NCBI GenBank assembly: GCA_964585915.1
Contig: CAZPFU010000001.1
Coordinates: forward strand, 119,515-183,514
From: an uncultured Methanomassiliicoccus sp.
GTDB lineage: Archaea > Thermoplasmatota > Thermoplasmata > Methanomassiliicoccales > UBA472
Direction of reading: 5' to 3'
Length of the DNA: 64,000 bases
Shown here: piece after piece, positions 26,924 to 36,391 of the stretch
How the letters are laid out: each line of letters begins with the position of its first letter
How positions within the stretch are numbered: position 1 is the first letter of the stretch
Program-made: the position numbers and the translations under genes
The notes under the pieces: model-generated
What the model was told of the DNA's origin: nothing
The model's database searches: none
What the model saw: the letters and a program-made list of their open reading frames with translations, nothing else

Positions 26924-28296
26924 TGGACGAGCTGGAACTGGCCGTGGAAAGGATGAGGGCCGAGGGGGCGGACTTCTGCGACGCCCGCTATCAGACGATC
27001 ACCACCAACGGCATCGCGGTGGTGGACGCCGCCGTGCGGAGAATATCGGAGGACCGCATCAGAGGCGTATGCCTGAGGGCCAGGAAGAAGGGCTCCTGGG
27101 GCTACGCCACCACGGTCGACGCGTCCAAGGACACGGTCCTGGAGGCGGCGGTGAAGGCGGCCAGGAACGCCCTGGCCGGTAACGCCCTGGGTAAGCCGAT
27201 CCCGGACACCGGAGAGGCCAAGGCCGAGCTGAAGGCGCAGGTCAAGTTCCATCCTAGCAAGGTGCCCATGGAGGAGAAGGTGCAGGCCGTCCTGGACATG
27301 GACCGGGCGCAGAAGGTCGACCCGCGCATCGTCAACACCAACTCCATTCTGCGCGAGGAGGTCCGCCAGAACACCCTGGTCAACAGCCACGGGCGGCAGT
27401 TGAGCTGGGAGGAGGTTCGGACGACGATAATGGTGCAGGCCGTGGCCTCCGAGGCCGGGCGCACCGAGTTCTTCTACGACATCAGGGGCGGCGGCCTGGG
27501 CTACGAGGTCGTCAAGGACACTGACCTGGAAGCCTTCGGCAGAGAGGTGGGCAAGGAATCGCTGAAGATGCTGACCGCCGAGAAGGCCCCGTCAGGACTG
27601 CTGACGTGCATCACCGACCCGGCCATCTCCGGGCTTCTGGCCCATGAGGTCATGGGGCACGCCTCGGAAGCTGACGAGATCGTCAAGAGGCGGTCGTTCC
27701 TCACCGACATGGTGGGGAAGAAGGTCGGGTCCCCGCTGATAACCATGGTCGATGATGGGACGGTCCCCCTGGCCAGGGGGAGCATCCCCTTCGACGACGA
27801 GGGTACGCCTTCATCCAGGACGGTCATCATCAAGGACGGGGTGTACCAGGGCTACATGCAGTCCCTGGAGACCGCGGCGGAGATGGGTGTGGCGCCAACG
27901 GGCAACGGCAGGGCGCAGAGCTACGACCGCCGGGTCTGGGTGCGCATGACCAACACCTTCTTCGAGAAGGGCGACCAGAACCTGGACGAGATGATAGCCG
28001 ACGTGAAGTTCGGTGTCCTTACCGACCGCATGATCAGCGGCATGGAGGACCCGGTGGGCGGCGGTTTCGAGGCGAAAGCGCTGCGCGGATACCTGATCGA
28101 GAACGGCAAGGTCACCAAGCTGCTGCGCTCTTTCACGCTGACCGGCAACGCCCTGGAGATCCTGAGGACCGGCGACGCCGTGGGTAACAAGGTGGAGCTG
28201 GACGGCGGGTCTTGCGGAAAAGGCATAGAGGATTGGGTGCCGGTCTCATCCGGCGGACCGCATTGCCGCTTCAAGATCGTGCTGGGAGGTGACTGA
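26920..28296 (+). CDS. tldD: TldD-family metalloprotease
   Basis: HEVMGHASEAD (HExxxH) motif and a GxC C-terminal region. The ATG at 26920 overlaps the upstream stop (ATGA). Confidence 0.85.
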   Translation: MMDELELAVERMRAEGADFCDARYQTITTNGIAVVDAAVRRISEDRIRGVCLRARKKGSWGYATTVDASKDTVLEAAVKAARNALAGNALGKPIPDTGEAKAELKAQVKFHPSKVPMEEKVQAVLDMDRAQKVDPRIVNTNSILREEVRQNTLVNSHGRQLSWEEVRTTIMVQAVASEAGRTEFFYDIRGGGLGYEVVKDTDLEAFGREVGKESLKMLTAEKAPSGLLTCITDPAISGLLAHEVMGHASEADEIVKRRSFLTDMVGKKVGSPLITMVDDGTVPLARGSIPFDDEGTPSSRTVIIKDGVYQGYMQSLETAAEMGVAPTGNGRAQSYDRRVWVRMTNTFFEKGDQNLDEMIADVKFGVLTDRMISGMEDPVGGGFEAKALRGYLIENGKVTKLLRSFTLTGNALEILRTGDAVGNKVELDGGSCGKGIEDWVPVSSGGPHCRFKIVLGGD

Positions 28297-29652
28297 ATGG
28301 ACCTCGAACGCATCTCCAAGAAATCGGTGCACAAGGTCCTGGAGGAAGGGGCGAAGGAAGCCGAGTCCTATTTGGTTCGCGTACGATCGCTCACGGCGTA
28401 CATTGACGATGACCGGGTAAAGAACCTGGAGGAGAAGCTGGACCAGGGCATCTCCATACGCGTGCTGCTGAACGGCAAGATGGGACAATCTTCGTCCACC
28501 TTGCATACGACCCGGGACCTGGAGGAGTGCGGGGCGAAGGCGGTGGCGCTCGCCAAGCTCTCCCGGCCGGACCCCTACTTCAAGCGCTTCCCCGGATTCT
28601 CCCAGCCCTTGGGCCATGTGGACGTCCGCCAGGAGGAGGTGGCCGCGGCCACCACCGGATGCCTGAAAGAGAAGGTGGAGGAGATCGTGAAGGCCGCCGG
28701 GGACGATGTAAAGATACCCCGCGGACTGCTCCGGGTCGCTTTGGTGGAAAGGGCCCTGGCCAACAGCAACGGCGCCACCTTCCGGGAACTTGGTACCATG
28801 GCCTACGCGCACTTCACCTCCATGACCAAGGGGCCGGAGCCGGGCGAGGGCTGCGAGTGCTATTACTCCTCGGGCCTGTCCGGGCTTGACACCCAGGCTA
28901 TGGGCGACAGCTTGCGTCAGAAGGCCAGGAACGCCCAAGGGGCCGAGCACTTCAAGGGCAAGATGACCGGTTCGGTGATACTTCCGCCGGACGAGCTGGC
29001 CGAGATGCTGCTCGCCTCCGTCGGCTACTCGCTGGACGGGGAGAACGCCCTGCGCCGCAGATCACCGTGGGCGGACCTGGTGAACAAGGAGGTGGGGAAC
29101 GAGCTGGTCAACCTCAGGGACCAGCCCTGGGACCCCCGCTCCGCACTGTCATGCCGTTACGACGACGAGGGGACGCCCACCAAGGAGAAACCGTTGGTGG
29201 AACGGGGTGCGCTGAAGACGTTGCTCTACGACAGCTACCACGCCCAGATGGGTAAAGCGGCCGCCACTGGCAACTACCTGCGCCGGGACCCCTCGGACGC
29301 TCTCAACCTCTATCGCCGGGGCGGGGCGACCATGCCTGTGAACCTGGCCTGGAAGCCCGGTGCCAAGAGCGTCGACGACATGATCTCGGAGATCAAGGAA
29401 GGAGTGGTCATCGAGAAGCTGGCCGCGCCGGACGTGAACAGCGTCACCGGCGGCTTCGCCCTGGAGGTGCGCTGCGCCAAGCTGGTGCGCGACGGGGCGG
29501 TGGTCGGGCATGTGGACCAGTGCTTGCTGGTAGGTAACTTCTACCAGGCGCTGAAGCGCGTTGGCGCCGTGGGCAATGACGTCGCGGTGCACCGCAACTG
29601 CATCATCCCCTCGGTGAGGTTCGACGGTCTGGAGATCGTAGGCAGCGAATGA
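28297..29652 (+). CDS. pmbA: PmbA/TldE-family protease partner
   Basis: Paralogous to the preceding TldD but without HExxxH. It starts on the codon immediately after the tldD TGA. Confidence 0.8.
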   Translation: MDLERISKKSVHKVLEEGAKEAESYLVRVRSLTAYIDDDRVKNLEEKLDQGISIRVLLNGKMGQSSSTLHTTRDLEECGAKAVALAKLSRPDPYFKRFPGFSQPLGHVDVRQEEVAAATTGCLKEKVEEIVKAAGDDVKIPRGLLRVALVERALANSNGATFRELGTMAYAHFTSMTKGPEPGEGCECYYSSGLSGLDTQAMGDSLRQKARNAQGAEHFKGKMTGSVILPPDELAEMLLASVGYSLDGENALRRRSPWADLVNKEVGNELVNLRDQPWDPRSALSCRYDDEGTPTKEKPLVERGALKTLLYDSYHAQMGKAAATGNYLRRDPSDALNLYRRGGATMPVNLAWKPGAKSVDDMISEIKEGVVIEKLAAPDVNSVTGGFALEVRCAKLVRDGAVVGHVDQCLLVGNFYQALKRVGAVGNDVAVHRNCIIPSVRFDGLEIVGSE

Positions 29653-30024
29653 TCAGTCCAGCGGTTCCAGGGTCACCCGGGTGCGGTCCGCCAGATCGGA
29701 CATGGTGCTGACGTCCCCCAGCACCCGGCCTATGGGCGTCACCTTGGAATACGCTTCGGGCTTGGAAGTGGTGGACGAGGGGGTCTTTCCGAAGAATATG
29801 CAGAAGGCGTTACCCTCCGGCCAGAAGGCCACCTCGCCCACCTCCATCATCTTCCTGCCGTTCTCCAGCTCGCATTCCACGGGAACCGCGAAGTAAAGCT
29901 CCCCTCCCCAGACGTTGATCTCCCTCTCCAACGGCAGCGCCCCGAAGAGCTTGTAGGCGGCCAGGGTGTCGTTCAGCTCGATCTCCCACCGCTCGTAACG
30001 AGTACGTAACAGAATACGGTCCAT
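29653..30024 (-). CDS. Cyclophilin-like superfamily protein (TM1367-like)
   Basis: INVWGGELYFAVPV...VGEVAFWPEGNAFCIFFGKTP...PIGRV closely parallels my recollection of the Thermotoga TM1367 sequence pattern. ATG at 30024; the ORF-track 5' extension to 30321 overlaps ilvC and is rejected. Confidence 0.75.
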   Translation of the reverse strand: MDRILLRTRYERWEIELNDTLAAYKLFGALPLEREINVWGGELYFAVPVECELENGRKMMEVGEVAFWPEGNAFCIFFGKTPSSTTSKPEAYSKVTPIGRVLGDVSTMSDLADRTRVTLEPLD

Positions 30025-30071
30025 GCCCTTTCCCCGGTGAGGGAAAGGGTGGAAAGGTGAAAATGTTTTCC

Positions 30072-31061
30072 TTACTTCTTGCTCTCGAAGAGGGCGCGTA
30101 TCTCGGTGCCCACCTTCTCGACCTGGCTCTCGCCCTCGGCCTTCTCCAGGGCCTTCATGCGGGGCATTCCCTTTTTCGCATCGTCCAGCCACTCCTTGGC
30201 GAACTCGCCGGAGCATATGCGGTCCAGCATCTTCTCCATGGCCGCCTTGCTCTCCTCGTTGATGACCAGGTCCCTGGTCGTGAGGCCACCGAACTCGGCG
30301 GTGTTGGAAACGCTCCTCCACATGTTCATCATGCCGCCGGAGTAGATCAGGTCAACGATGAGCTTCACCTCGTGCAAACACTCGAAATACGCGATCTCCG
30401 GCTGGTATCCCCTCTTGACCAAGGTCTGGAACCCAGCGTTGATGAGGGCGGTGACGCCGCCGCAGAGAACGGCCTGCTCCCCGAACAGGTCGGAGGTGGC
30501 CTCCTCGCGGAAGTTGGTCTCAAGAACACCAGCCTTGGTGGAGCCCAGTCCCTTGGCCAAGGCCAAGGCGATGGACTTGGCCTTTCCGGTGTAGTCCTGC
30601 TCCACGGCGATGAGGGCCGGAACGCCGAAGCCTTCCAGATAGACCTTCCGCTCCATCGGGCCAGGCGCCTTGGGGGCCATCATGATGACGTCGACCGTCT
30701 TCGGGGGCTTGATGGTCCCGAAGGTAATGGCGAAGCCGTGGGCGAACTCGAGCGCCGCTCCCTCCTTCAGGTTCGGCTCTATCTCCGCCTTGTACACGTC
30801 TCCCTGCACCTCGTCCGGGATCAGCACCATGATCACGTCGGCGCCCTTGACGGCGCCGGCCACGGTGTCCACCTTCAGACCGTTCTTCTTAGCCTCGACC
30901 CAGGACTTGCCGTCCTTGCGGACCCCGACCGTCACGTCCAGTCCGCTGTCGTGCATGCAGAGGGCCTGCGCCTTTCCCTGGCTTCCGAAACCGATGACCG
31001 CGACCTTCTTGCTCTTCAGGACGTTGAGGTCGGCGTCTGACTCGTGATATATCCTTGCCAT
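30072..31061 (-). CDS. ilvC: Ketol-acid reductoisomerase
   Basis: VAVIGFGSQGKAQA Rossmann motif and class I KARI length. Start MARIYHESD at 31061. Confidence 0.95.
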   Translation of the reverse strand: MARIYHESDADLNVLKSKKVAVIGFGSQGKAQALCMHDSGLDVTVGVRKDGKSWVEAKKNGLKVDTVAGAVKGADVIMVLIPDEVQGDVYKAEIEPNLKEGAALEFAHGFAITFGTIKPPKTVDVIMMAPKAPGPMERKVYLEGFGVPALIAVEQDYTGKAKSIALALAKGLGSTKAGVLETNFREEATSDLFGEQAVLCGGVTALINAGFQTLVKRGYQPEIAYFECLHEVKLIVDLIYSGGMMNMWRSVSNTAEFGGLTTRDLVINEESKAAMEKMLDRICSGEFAKEWLDDAKKGMPRMKALEKAEGESQVEKVGTEIRALFESKK

Positions 31062-31127
31062 GAGATCACCATTGAACGCTTTCACGCATTTTTTCCTGAT
31101 TATTTACAATGTTCGAATCTATCGGGA

Positions 31128-32807
31128 CTATTGGTTCCAGCGGCAGCGGTTGCGTATCGTGCCGTCGATGCTGCTGACGCCCCCGGGCACCATGGGGAGC
31201 ATGTCCTCCTCCGGGTCCGTGCGGATGTCCAGCACGAACGGCACGTCCGACGCGAACGCTTTCTTGAACCCTTCGGCCAGCTCGCTGGAGCGGGTCACGG
31301 TCATGCCGCCGGCGCCGAACGCTTCCGCCAGCTTCACGAAATCGGGATTGTTGCGCAGCTCGGTGCCGCAGTAGCGCCGGTTCCACATCAGCTTCTGCCA
31401 CTGCTTGACCATACCTAGCCAGCCGTTGTTGAGCAGGCACACCACCACCGGCAGGTCCTCGCTCATGGCCGTGGCCAGCTCCTGGAACACCATCTGGAAG
31501 CTGCCGTCGCCGGCTATGTCGACCACCTGCTTGTCGCGATGGGCGTACTTGACGCCGATGGAGGCCGGGAAACCGAAGCCCATGGTGCCCATGCCTCCGG
31601 ATGTCACGAACTGACTGGGATGCTTTAACTTCATGAAGTGCGCCGCCCACATCTGGTTCTGCCCGACCTCGGTGACCACGTAAGCGTCGGAGGCCAGGGC
31701 CTTCCTCAGCTCCCAAATGGCCTTCTGCGGCTTGACCGGGTCCTCGTCGATGTCGATGTTGCAGGCGCAGCCCTCTAAAAGCTCCTTCACCCTGCGGCTC
31801 CAGGCCGTCTCGCCCTTGTTGATCCGGCCCATGGCCTTTATGACCATCTGCAGCCCCTTCTTGGCGTCGCCCACCAGGCGCACCTTGGTGCGGGGGTTCT
31901 TGCCGGACTCCATGGGATCGATGTCCAGATGGATGACCTTGGTCTCCTTGGGCACTTCGCTGTCGTAGCCGATGGTGCGGTCGGAGAAACGGGCGCCGAT
32001 GGCGAAGATCACGTCCGCCTCCAGGAGCGCCTTGCGGGAGCATTCCCGCCCGTGCATCCCCAGCATTCCGAAGGACATGGGGTGGTCCTCGGGAATAATG
32101 GCCTTGGCCATTATGGTGGTGACCACCGGGGCGACCAGCATCTCGGCCAGCTTCTGCACCTCGCTGGAGGCGTTGGACCATCTGGCCCCTCCGCCCACCA
32201 GCAGAACGGGACGCTCGGCGTCCCTCAGCATCTTCACCGCGTCCAATACGTTCGAGAAGTCCTCGTACGGCGAAGGCACCGGGAAGTTCTCCTGCAGCTT
32301 GGCCGGGTCGATCTCCCCGCGCAGCACGTCCACCGGAAGGTCGATGTGCACCGGACCCTTCCGGCCGCTGTTGGCGATGCCCATGCCCCGCTTTATCGCC
32401 TCTGGCAGATCAGCGGGCTTCAACACCCGGTAGTTGTGCTTGGTGATGGGCATCATCAGGCTGAAGATGTCCGCCTCCTGGAAGGCGTTGTTGCCGATGG
32501 CCGCGGTGGCCACCTGGCCGGTGAGAACCATCATCGGGGACGAGTCGGCGTACGCCGTGGCCACGCCGGTGACCAGGTTGGTCGCTCCGGGCCCGGAGGT
32601 GGCGATGCACACGCCGGTCTTGTTGGTGGTCCTGGAGTATCCATCGGCCATGTGCGCCGCGCACTGCTCGTGGCGGACCAGGACGTGGTGGATGCTGGAA
32701 TCGATAAGCTCATCGTACAACGGGATGGTGACCCCGCCCGGATAACCGAACATGACGTCGACCCCCTGTCCTTCAAGCAGTTCCAATACGGCCTTGGCAC
32801 CTTTCAT
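31128..32807 (-). CDS. ilvB: Acetolactate synthase large (catalytic) subunit, ThDP-dependent
   Basis: GYPGG, SGPGATN, and ThDP motif GDGSFQM...NNGWLGMV. 559 aa. TAG stop at 31128-31130. Confidence 0.9.
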   Translation of the reverse strand: MKGAKAVLELLEGQGVDVMFGYPGGVTIPLYDELIDSSIHHVLVRHEQCAAHMADGYSRTTNKTGVCIATSGPGATNLVTGVATAYADSSPMMVLTGQVATAAIGNNAFQEADIFSLMMPITKHNYRVLKPADLPEAIKRGMGIANSGRKGPVHIDLPVDVLRGEIDPAKLQENFPVPSPYEDFSNVLDAVKMLRDAERPVLLVGGGARWSNASSEVQKLAEMLVAPVVTTIMAKAIIPEDHPMSFGMLGMHGRECSRKALLEADVIFAIGARFSDRTIGYDSEVPKETKVIHLDIDPMESGKNPRTKVRLVGDAKKGLQMVIKAMGRINKGETAWSRRVKELLEGCACNIDIDEDPVKPQKAIWELRKALASDAYVVTEVGQNQMWAAHFMKLKHPSQFVTSGGMGTMGFGFPASIGVKYAHRDKQVVDIAGDGSFQMVFQELATAMSEDLPVVVCLLNNGWLGMVKQWQKLMWNRRYCGTELRNNPDFVKLAEAFGAGGMTVTRSSELAEGFKKAFASDVPFVLDIRTDPEEDMLPMVPGGVSSIDGTIRNRCRWNQ

Positions 32808-33013
32808 ACGCTAATCCCTCATTTTCCTATCAAGGAGGACGGTCGCTAGACCTCCTCTTTCACAAAATAACAACCGCAGTGAGCGATGGTAAAAGCAATG
32901 ATGTCCTCTCACCCGTGTTGTTATATGACACGGATGGACTTCATGCCGACCATGATATTTAAGAATATCTCAATTCATCCTGCCTTCCGAGGAGCACTGG
33001 AGGACGTCCTGGA

Positions 33014-33553
33014 ATGGTGATGAAGGAAAAGCCGGGGAACGGGCTGGACATCGTGGAGCTGCGGGACCACGACCCCTTCTGGAAGGTGCTCTTCCAACGC
33101 GAGAGGGATTCCCTGGCCGAGACCCTGGGGCCTTTGGCCAGGTCCATTGAGCATGTGGGCAGCACGGCGGTCCCGGGGATACGAGCTAAACCGGTCATCG
33201 ATATCCTGGTCACGGTCGATGATCTACGACCGGGGAATGTCGAGATGGGCTTGGCGAGGCTGGATTACGTTCACGTAGATATCGGCGATCCAGAGAGGCT
33301 GTTCTTCCGGAAGGGCATGCCCCGGACGTACCACGTCCATGTTGTCCGCCACGGAGGGGAGGAGCACTGGAAGCACCTTCTTTTCAGGGATAGGCTGATC
33401 GCCCATCCGGAAGAGGCCCAGGAGTACGAGAGGCTGAAAGTATCCCTGGCCATGCGGTTCAGGCAGGACCGGGAGGCCTACTCGAAGGGGAAGGATGATT
33501 TCATCTCCATGATACTGGAACGGGCGGAAGTGGAGCGAGGCCGCCTGGTCTGA
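33014..33553 (+). CDS. GrpB-family protein (UPF0157)
   Basis: IEHVGSTAVPGIRAKPVIDILV and the HVHV...HP pattern are typical of GrpB. Confidence 0.8.
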   Translation: MVMKEKPGNGLDIVELRDHDPFWKVLFQRERDSLAETLGPLARSIEHVGSTAVPGIRAKPVIDILVTVDDLRPGNVEMGLARLDYVHVDIGDPERLFFRKGMPRTYHVHVVRHGGEEHWKHLLFRDRLIAHPEEAQEYERLKVSLAMRFRQDREAYSKGKDDFISMILERAEVERGRLV

Positions 33554-33641
33554 ACGCAGGGAAGGTACGCCAAAATCATATATTGCCAGTAAGCGTTCCC
33601 TCCCAGGTCAGGAGAGTGGCTCAACGAGCGCCGAGGAATTG

Positions 33642-34886
33642 ATGGAGAACGGGTCCCGCAGCAAGCTTCTGGAGGATCCGTACGTAAAGAGGGTCTGGGA
33701 CCTGATCATGGGCGAGTCGCTCTTCAAGAGGAGCCCGGAGGAGCTGGCATCCCTCAGGGAATCGCTGCGCCGGGAATGCCTGCAGTATTTCACCCGGCAC
33801 AGCCCGTACTACTTGGACCTGTTCGAAAGGCTGGAGATCGACCCGGCCAAGGCCACCCTGCACGATGTCGCGAAATTGGCCATACCCTCGGACATGCTGC
33901 GCGGGGACGGGCAGAAGCGCTTCCTGATCCAGGACCTGGAGGAGGGCGGGGAGACCTTCTCTTCCAGCGGCACTACCGGCAAGGACCCCGTTCGCGTTTA
34001 CCGTTCACCTGTCGACCTGGCCATCATGCTCAAGGCCAACACCGACCTGTTCGAGCATGTTTACGGAGACGTGCTCAAGCAGGGAGATGGCGTCGCACTA
34101 TTCATGGCCGCTCCCGAGCTGCGCTACAAGCTTAGCTTCGTGGCCTTTGTAGACCTCACCTTGGACAAGAAGGGCATCGAGCTGCTGTACGGCATGGACC
34201 TGGAGGACAAGGCCCAGGCCGGAACCCCATGGCAGAAGCTGACCACCAACAAGGAGAACCTCTTGAAGTTCCTGAAGTCCAAGAAGGAGCCCAAGCTGTT
34301 CTTCACCGCCCCGGCCGGGGTGCACATCCTGGGCCAGAAGTTCGAGGGCATGGGCTTCGGTAAGAAATTGGCTTACAAGCTGGCCTCGGGAGCGCCGCCG
34401 ATAAAGCTGGGGAAGGGGGGCATCATCGTCACCGGCGGAGGCAGCAAGGGCTTTGCCGACCTTCCCCCGTATCCGCAGCTGGTCTCCAACGCCCAGAAGC
34501 ATTTCGTCAGCAAGAACGCCGAGGGGAAGCAGATCGAGACCCCGTTCATGGACGTGCTGGGAATGACGGAAACGCTCACCGCGCTCATCGACAGGTACGG
34601 GGTCATGGACAAGGTGCCCCACCCGCTGGCGGAAGCCTTCCTATTGGACCCCCTGACCTTCGAGCCGATCGAGGAGGAGGGGAAGGAGGGAATATTGGGG
34701 ATATTCAATCCCTTCACCACCTCCTGGCTGGAGGTCTTCTATCCCGGCGATATAATGACCTGGCATTCCTCGAAGGGATTCTACGGCAAGGAGTTCGTGT
34801 ACAAGCGCAGGCTGAGCGTCAAGGAAGGCTGGGACCTGCAGAGGGCCTGCGGCGGCACCCTGGAAGAGATGATGACCAAGCAGTAG
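33642..34886 (+). CDS. LuxE-like acyl-protein synthetase (adenylate-forming)
   Basis: SSGTTGKDP adenylation motif, TGGGSKG block, and a Cys 12 residues from the C-terminus (RACGGTLEEMMTKQ). TAG stop. ATG at 33642 is preceded by TTG at 33639. Confidence 0.6.
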   Translation: MENGSRSKLLEDPYVKRVWDLIMGESLFKRSPEELASLRESLRRECLQYFTRHSPYYLDLFERLEIDPAKATLHDVAKLAIPSDMLRGDGQKRFLIQDLEEGGETFSSSGTTGKDPVRVYRSPVDLAIMLKANTDLFEHVYGDVLKQGDGVALFMAAPELRYKLSFVAFVDLTLDKKGIELLYGMDLEDKAQAGTPWQKLTTNKENLLKFLKSKKEPKLFFTAPAGVHILGQKFEGMGFGKKLAYKLASGAPPIKLGKGGIIVTGGGSKGFADLPPYPQLVSNAQKHFVSKNAEGKQIETPFMDVLGMTETLTALIDRYGVMDKVPHPLAEAFLLDPLTFEPIEEEGKEGILGIFNPFTTSWLEVFYPGDIMTWHSSKGFYGKEFVYKRRLSVKEGWDLQRACGGTLEEMMTKQ

Positions 34887-34924
34887 GCGCATGTTTATTT
34901 TCCGGGAAAGGCATCCAGGAGGCC

Positions 34925-36391
34925 ATGTGCCCCGCCCTGGCCCCCCAGCTGTTCGATCGTACACTTGAGACGGCGCCCTCCGTCAACAATCCCGAGGTGC
35001 TCGAGCTCTCGCCTTCCGCCCTACGTGAGCTGGTCTCCTCCGCAGGGAAGGTGCAGGCCGAGCTTTCGTCCATACCCATCGACGAGAGGCTGCAGGTCAT
35101 CGAGCACATCGCCCGCCGATGGAAGCAGAAGCTGGACAACGGTGACCTTGAGGACCTGAAGAGGGAGATGTCCTCCTCCACCGGCTACTCCCCGGCGCTG
35201 ATGGAGACCGAGATGTCCTTCGTCCCGGCGGTGCTGGGGGCGGCGAACGTCCGCAAGAACCTGGACGCCTCGGTGCAGGGCGGTGCCGACGCGCTCTACA
35301 AGTTCGTGGAGGTGGACGAGACGGAGATGTTCCGCCACGTGCCGGTCGGTCCGGTACTGATTATCAGCTCGGGGAACTCCATCGTGCCCACCCTCATACC
35401 CACGGTGATGTCCCTGGTGACCGGGAACCTCACCATCCTCAAGCCGTCCATCGCCAACTACCGAGGGGTGTGCGAGGTGTTCAAACTGCTGGCCGAGGTC
35501 CCCGATTCCCGGGCCGTCCGGGCCATGCGCTCCGCCCTGGTGGTCTCCTACTTCGGCCATGAGTCGCCCTCCCTGAAGATCGCCCTGGAGGAGCTGCCCC
35601 TGGGAATGGTGAACTTCTGGGGCGCCGAACCGGCCAGGACCATCGTGGCCAACATGGTCGGGAAGAACCGCAACCACCCGCGCTTCTTCGTCAACGGGCC
35701 GTTCACCGGGATGGCGCTGATCGAGGAGGGCGTGGAACCTCTCCAGGCGGCGGACGACCTGGCCTTGGACGTGGTGCTCTACGACCAGCAGCTGTGCTCC
35801 TCGCCCACCGCCGCCGTGTTCATCGGGAGTTATGACAAGGCCAAGGAGTTCCTGAAGGCTGCCGGTGAGCGCCTGGACGAGGCGGGCAACGAGTTCCCGC
35901 TCCCTCCGGACCAGGACCGCCTGTTCGTCCTGCAGGGCGCCCGCCGCTTCATCCAGATGGATGGAGGAACGGTGCTCTCCTCCAAGAACCCCGAGAACCC
36001 CTGGACCCTGGTGCTTTCCAAGGGCCGCAGTTCGCTGGGCGGTCTGGCGGCCCAGTTCCCGGCCTTCAACCTGTTCGCCCGGAGACGCTTCCTGGAGATC
36101 GTGGTGGTCCCGGAAGCGGAAAGCGCGGTGAATTTACTGCGATCATTGCCAGAGCACCCGGCCTTCAAGGGCATCGACGGTGTGCAGAGCGTCGGGCTGG
36201 CAGTCACCGAGGGGTCCCGCGATAACGTGGTGACCATGCTGATCGGGTCCGGTGTGCATAGGATCCTTCCGCTGGGGGACATGTTCATGCGCGGGGCCGT
36301 GGAACCGTATGACGGGGTTACGATGTCCTCGCTGTTCACCCGTATCGTTTACTGGCGCAAAGCGAACGCCTCCCTGGAGGGGCAGTTTTGA
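34925..36391 (+). CDS. LuxC-like acyl-CoA/acyl-protein reductase (ALDH fold)
   Basis: 488 aa, with Cys motif YDQQLCSSPTA and GNSIVP/ILKPS blocks. AGGAGG SD 6 nt upstream of the ATG at 34925. Confidence 0.6.
   Translation: MCPALAPQLFDRTLETAPSVNNPEVLELSPSALRELVSSAGKVQAELSSIPIDERLQVIEHIARRWKQKLDNGDLEDLKREMSSSTGYSPALMETEMSFVPAVLGAANVRKNLDASVQGGADALYKFVEVDETEMFRHVPVGPVLIISSGNSIVPTLIPTVMSLVTGNLTILKPSIANYRGVCEVFKLLAEVPDSRAVRAMRSALVVSYFGHESPSLKIALEELPLGMVNFWGAEPARTIVANMVGKNRNHPRFFVNGPFTGMALIEEGVEPLQAADDLALDVVLYDQQLCSSPTAAVFIGSYDKAKEFLKAAGERLDEAGNEFPLPPDQDRLFVLQGARRFIQMDGGTVLSSKNPENPWTLVLSKGRSSLGGLAAQFPAFNLFARRRFLEIVVVPEAESAVNLLRSLPEHPAFKGIDGVQSVGLAVTEGSRDNVVTMLIGSGVHRILPLGDMFMRGAVEPYDGVTMSSLFTRIVYWRKANASLEGQF

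Noticed and set aside
29653-30321. The 222-aa version of the cyclophilin-like ORF, and the 356-aa version of the ABC-2 permease ORF (40862-41932).
   Set aside because: The N-terminal extensions are Arg/Gly/His-rich, overlap neighbouring genes, and precede internal ATGs (30024; 41614) where the recognisable domain begins. The ATG at 41614 also forms an ATGA junction with the upstream ATPase stop.
34884-34927. LuxE-like and LuxC-like genes as a single fusion protein made by TAG read-through.
   Set aside because: The LuxC-like ATG at 34925 is in a different frame from the LuxE-like ORF (offset 38 nt from 34887). It also has its own AGGAGG Shine-Dalgarno site.
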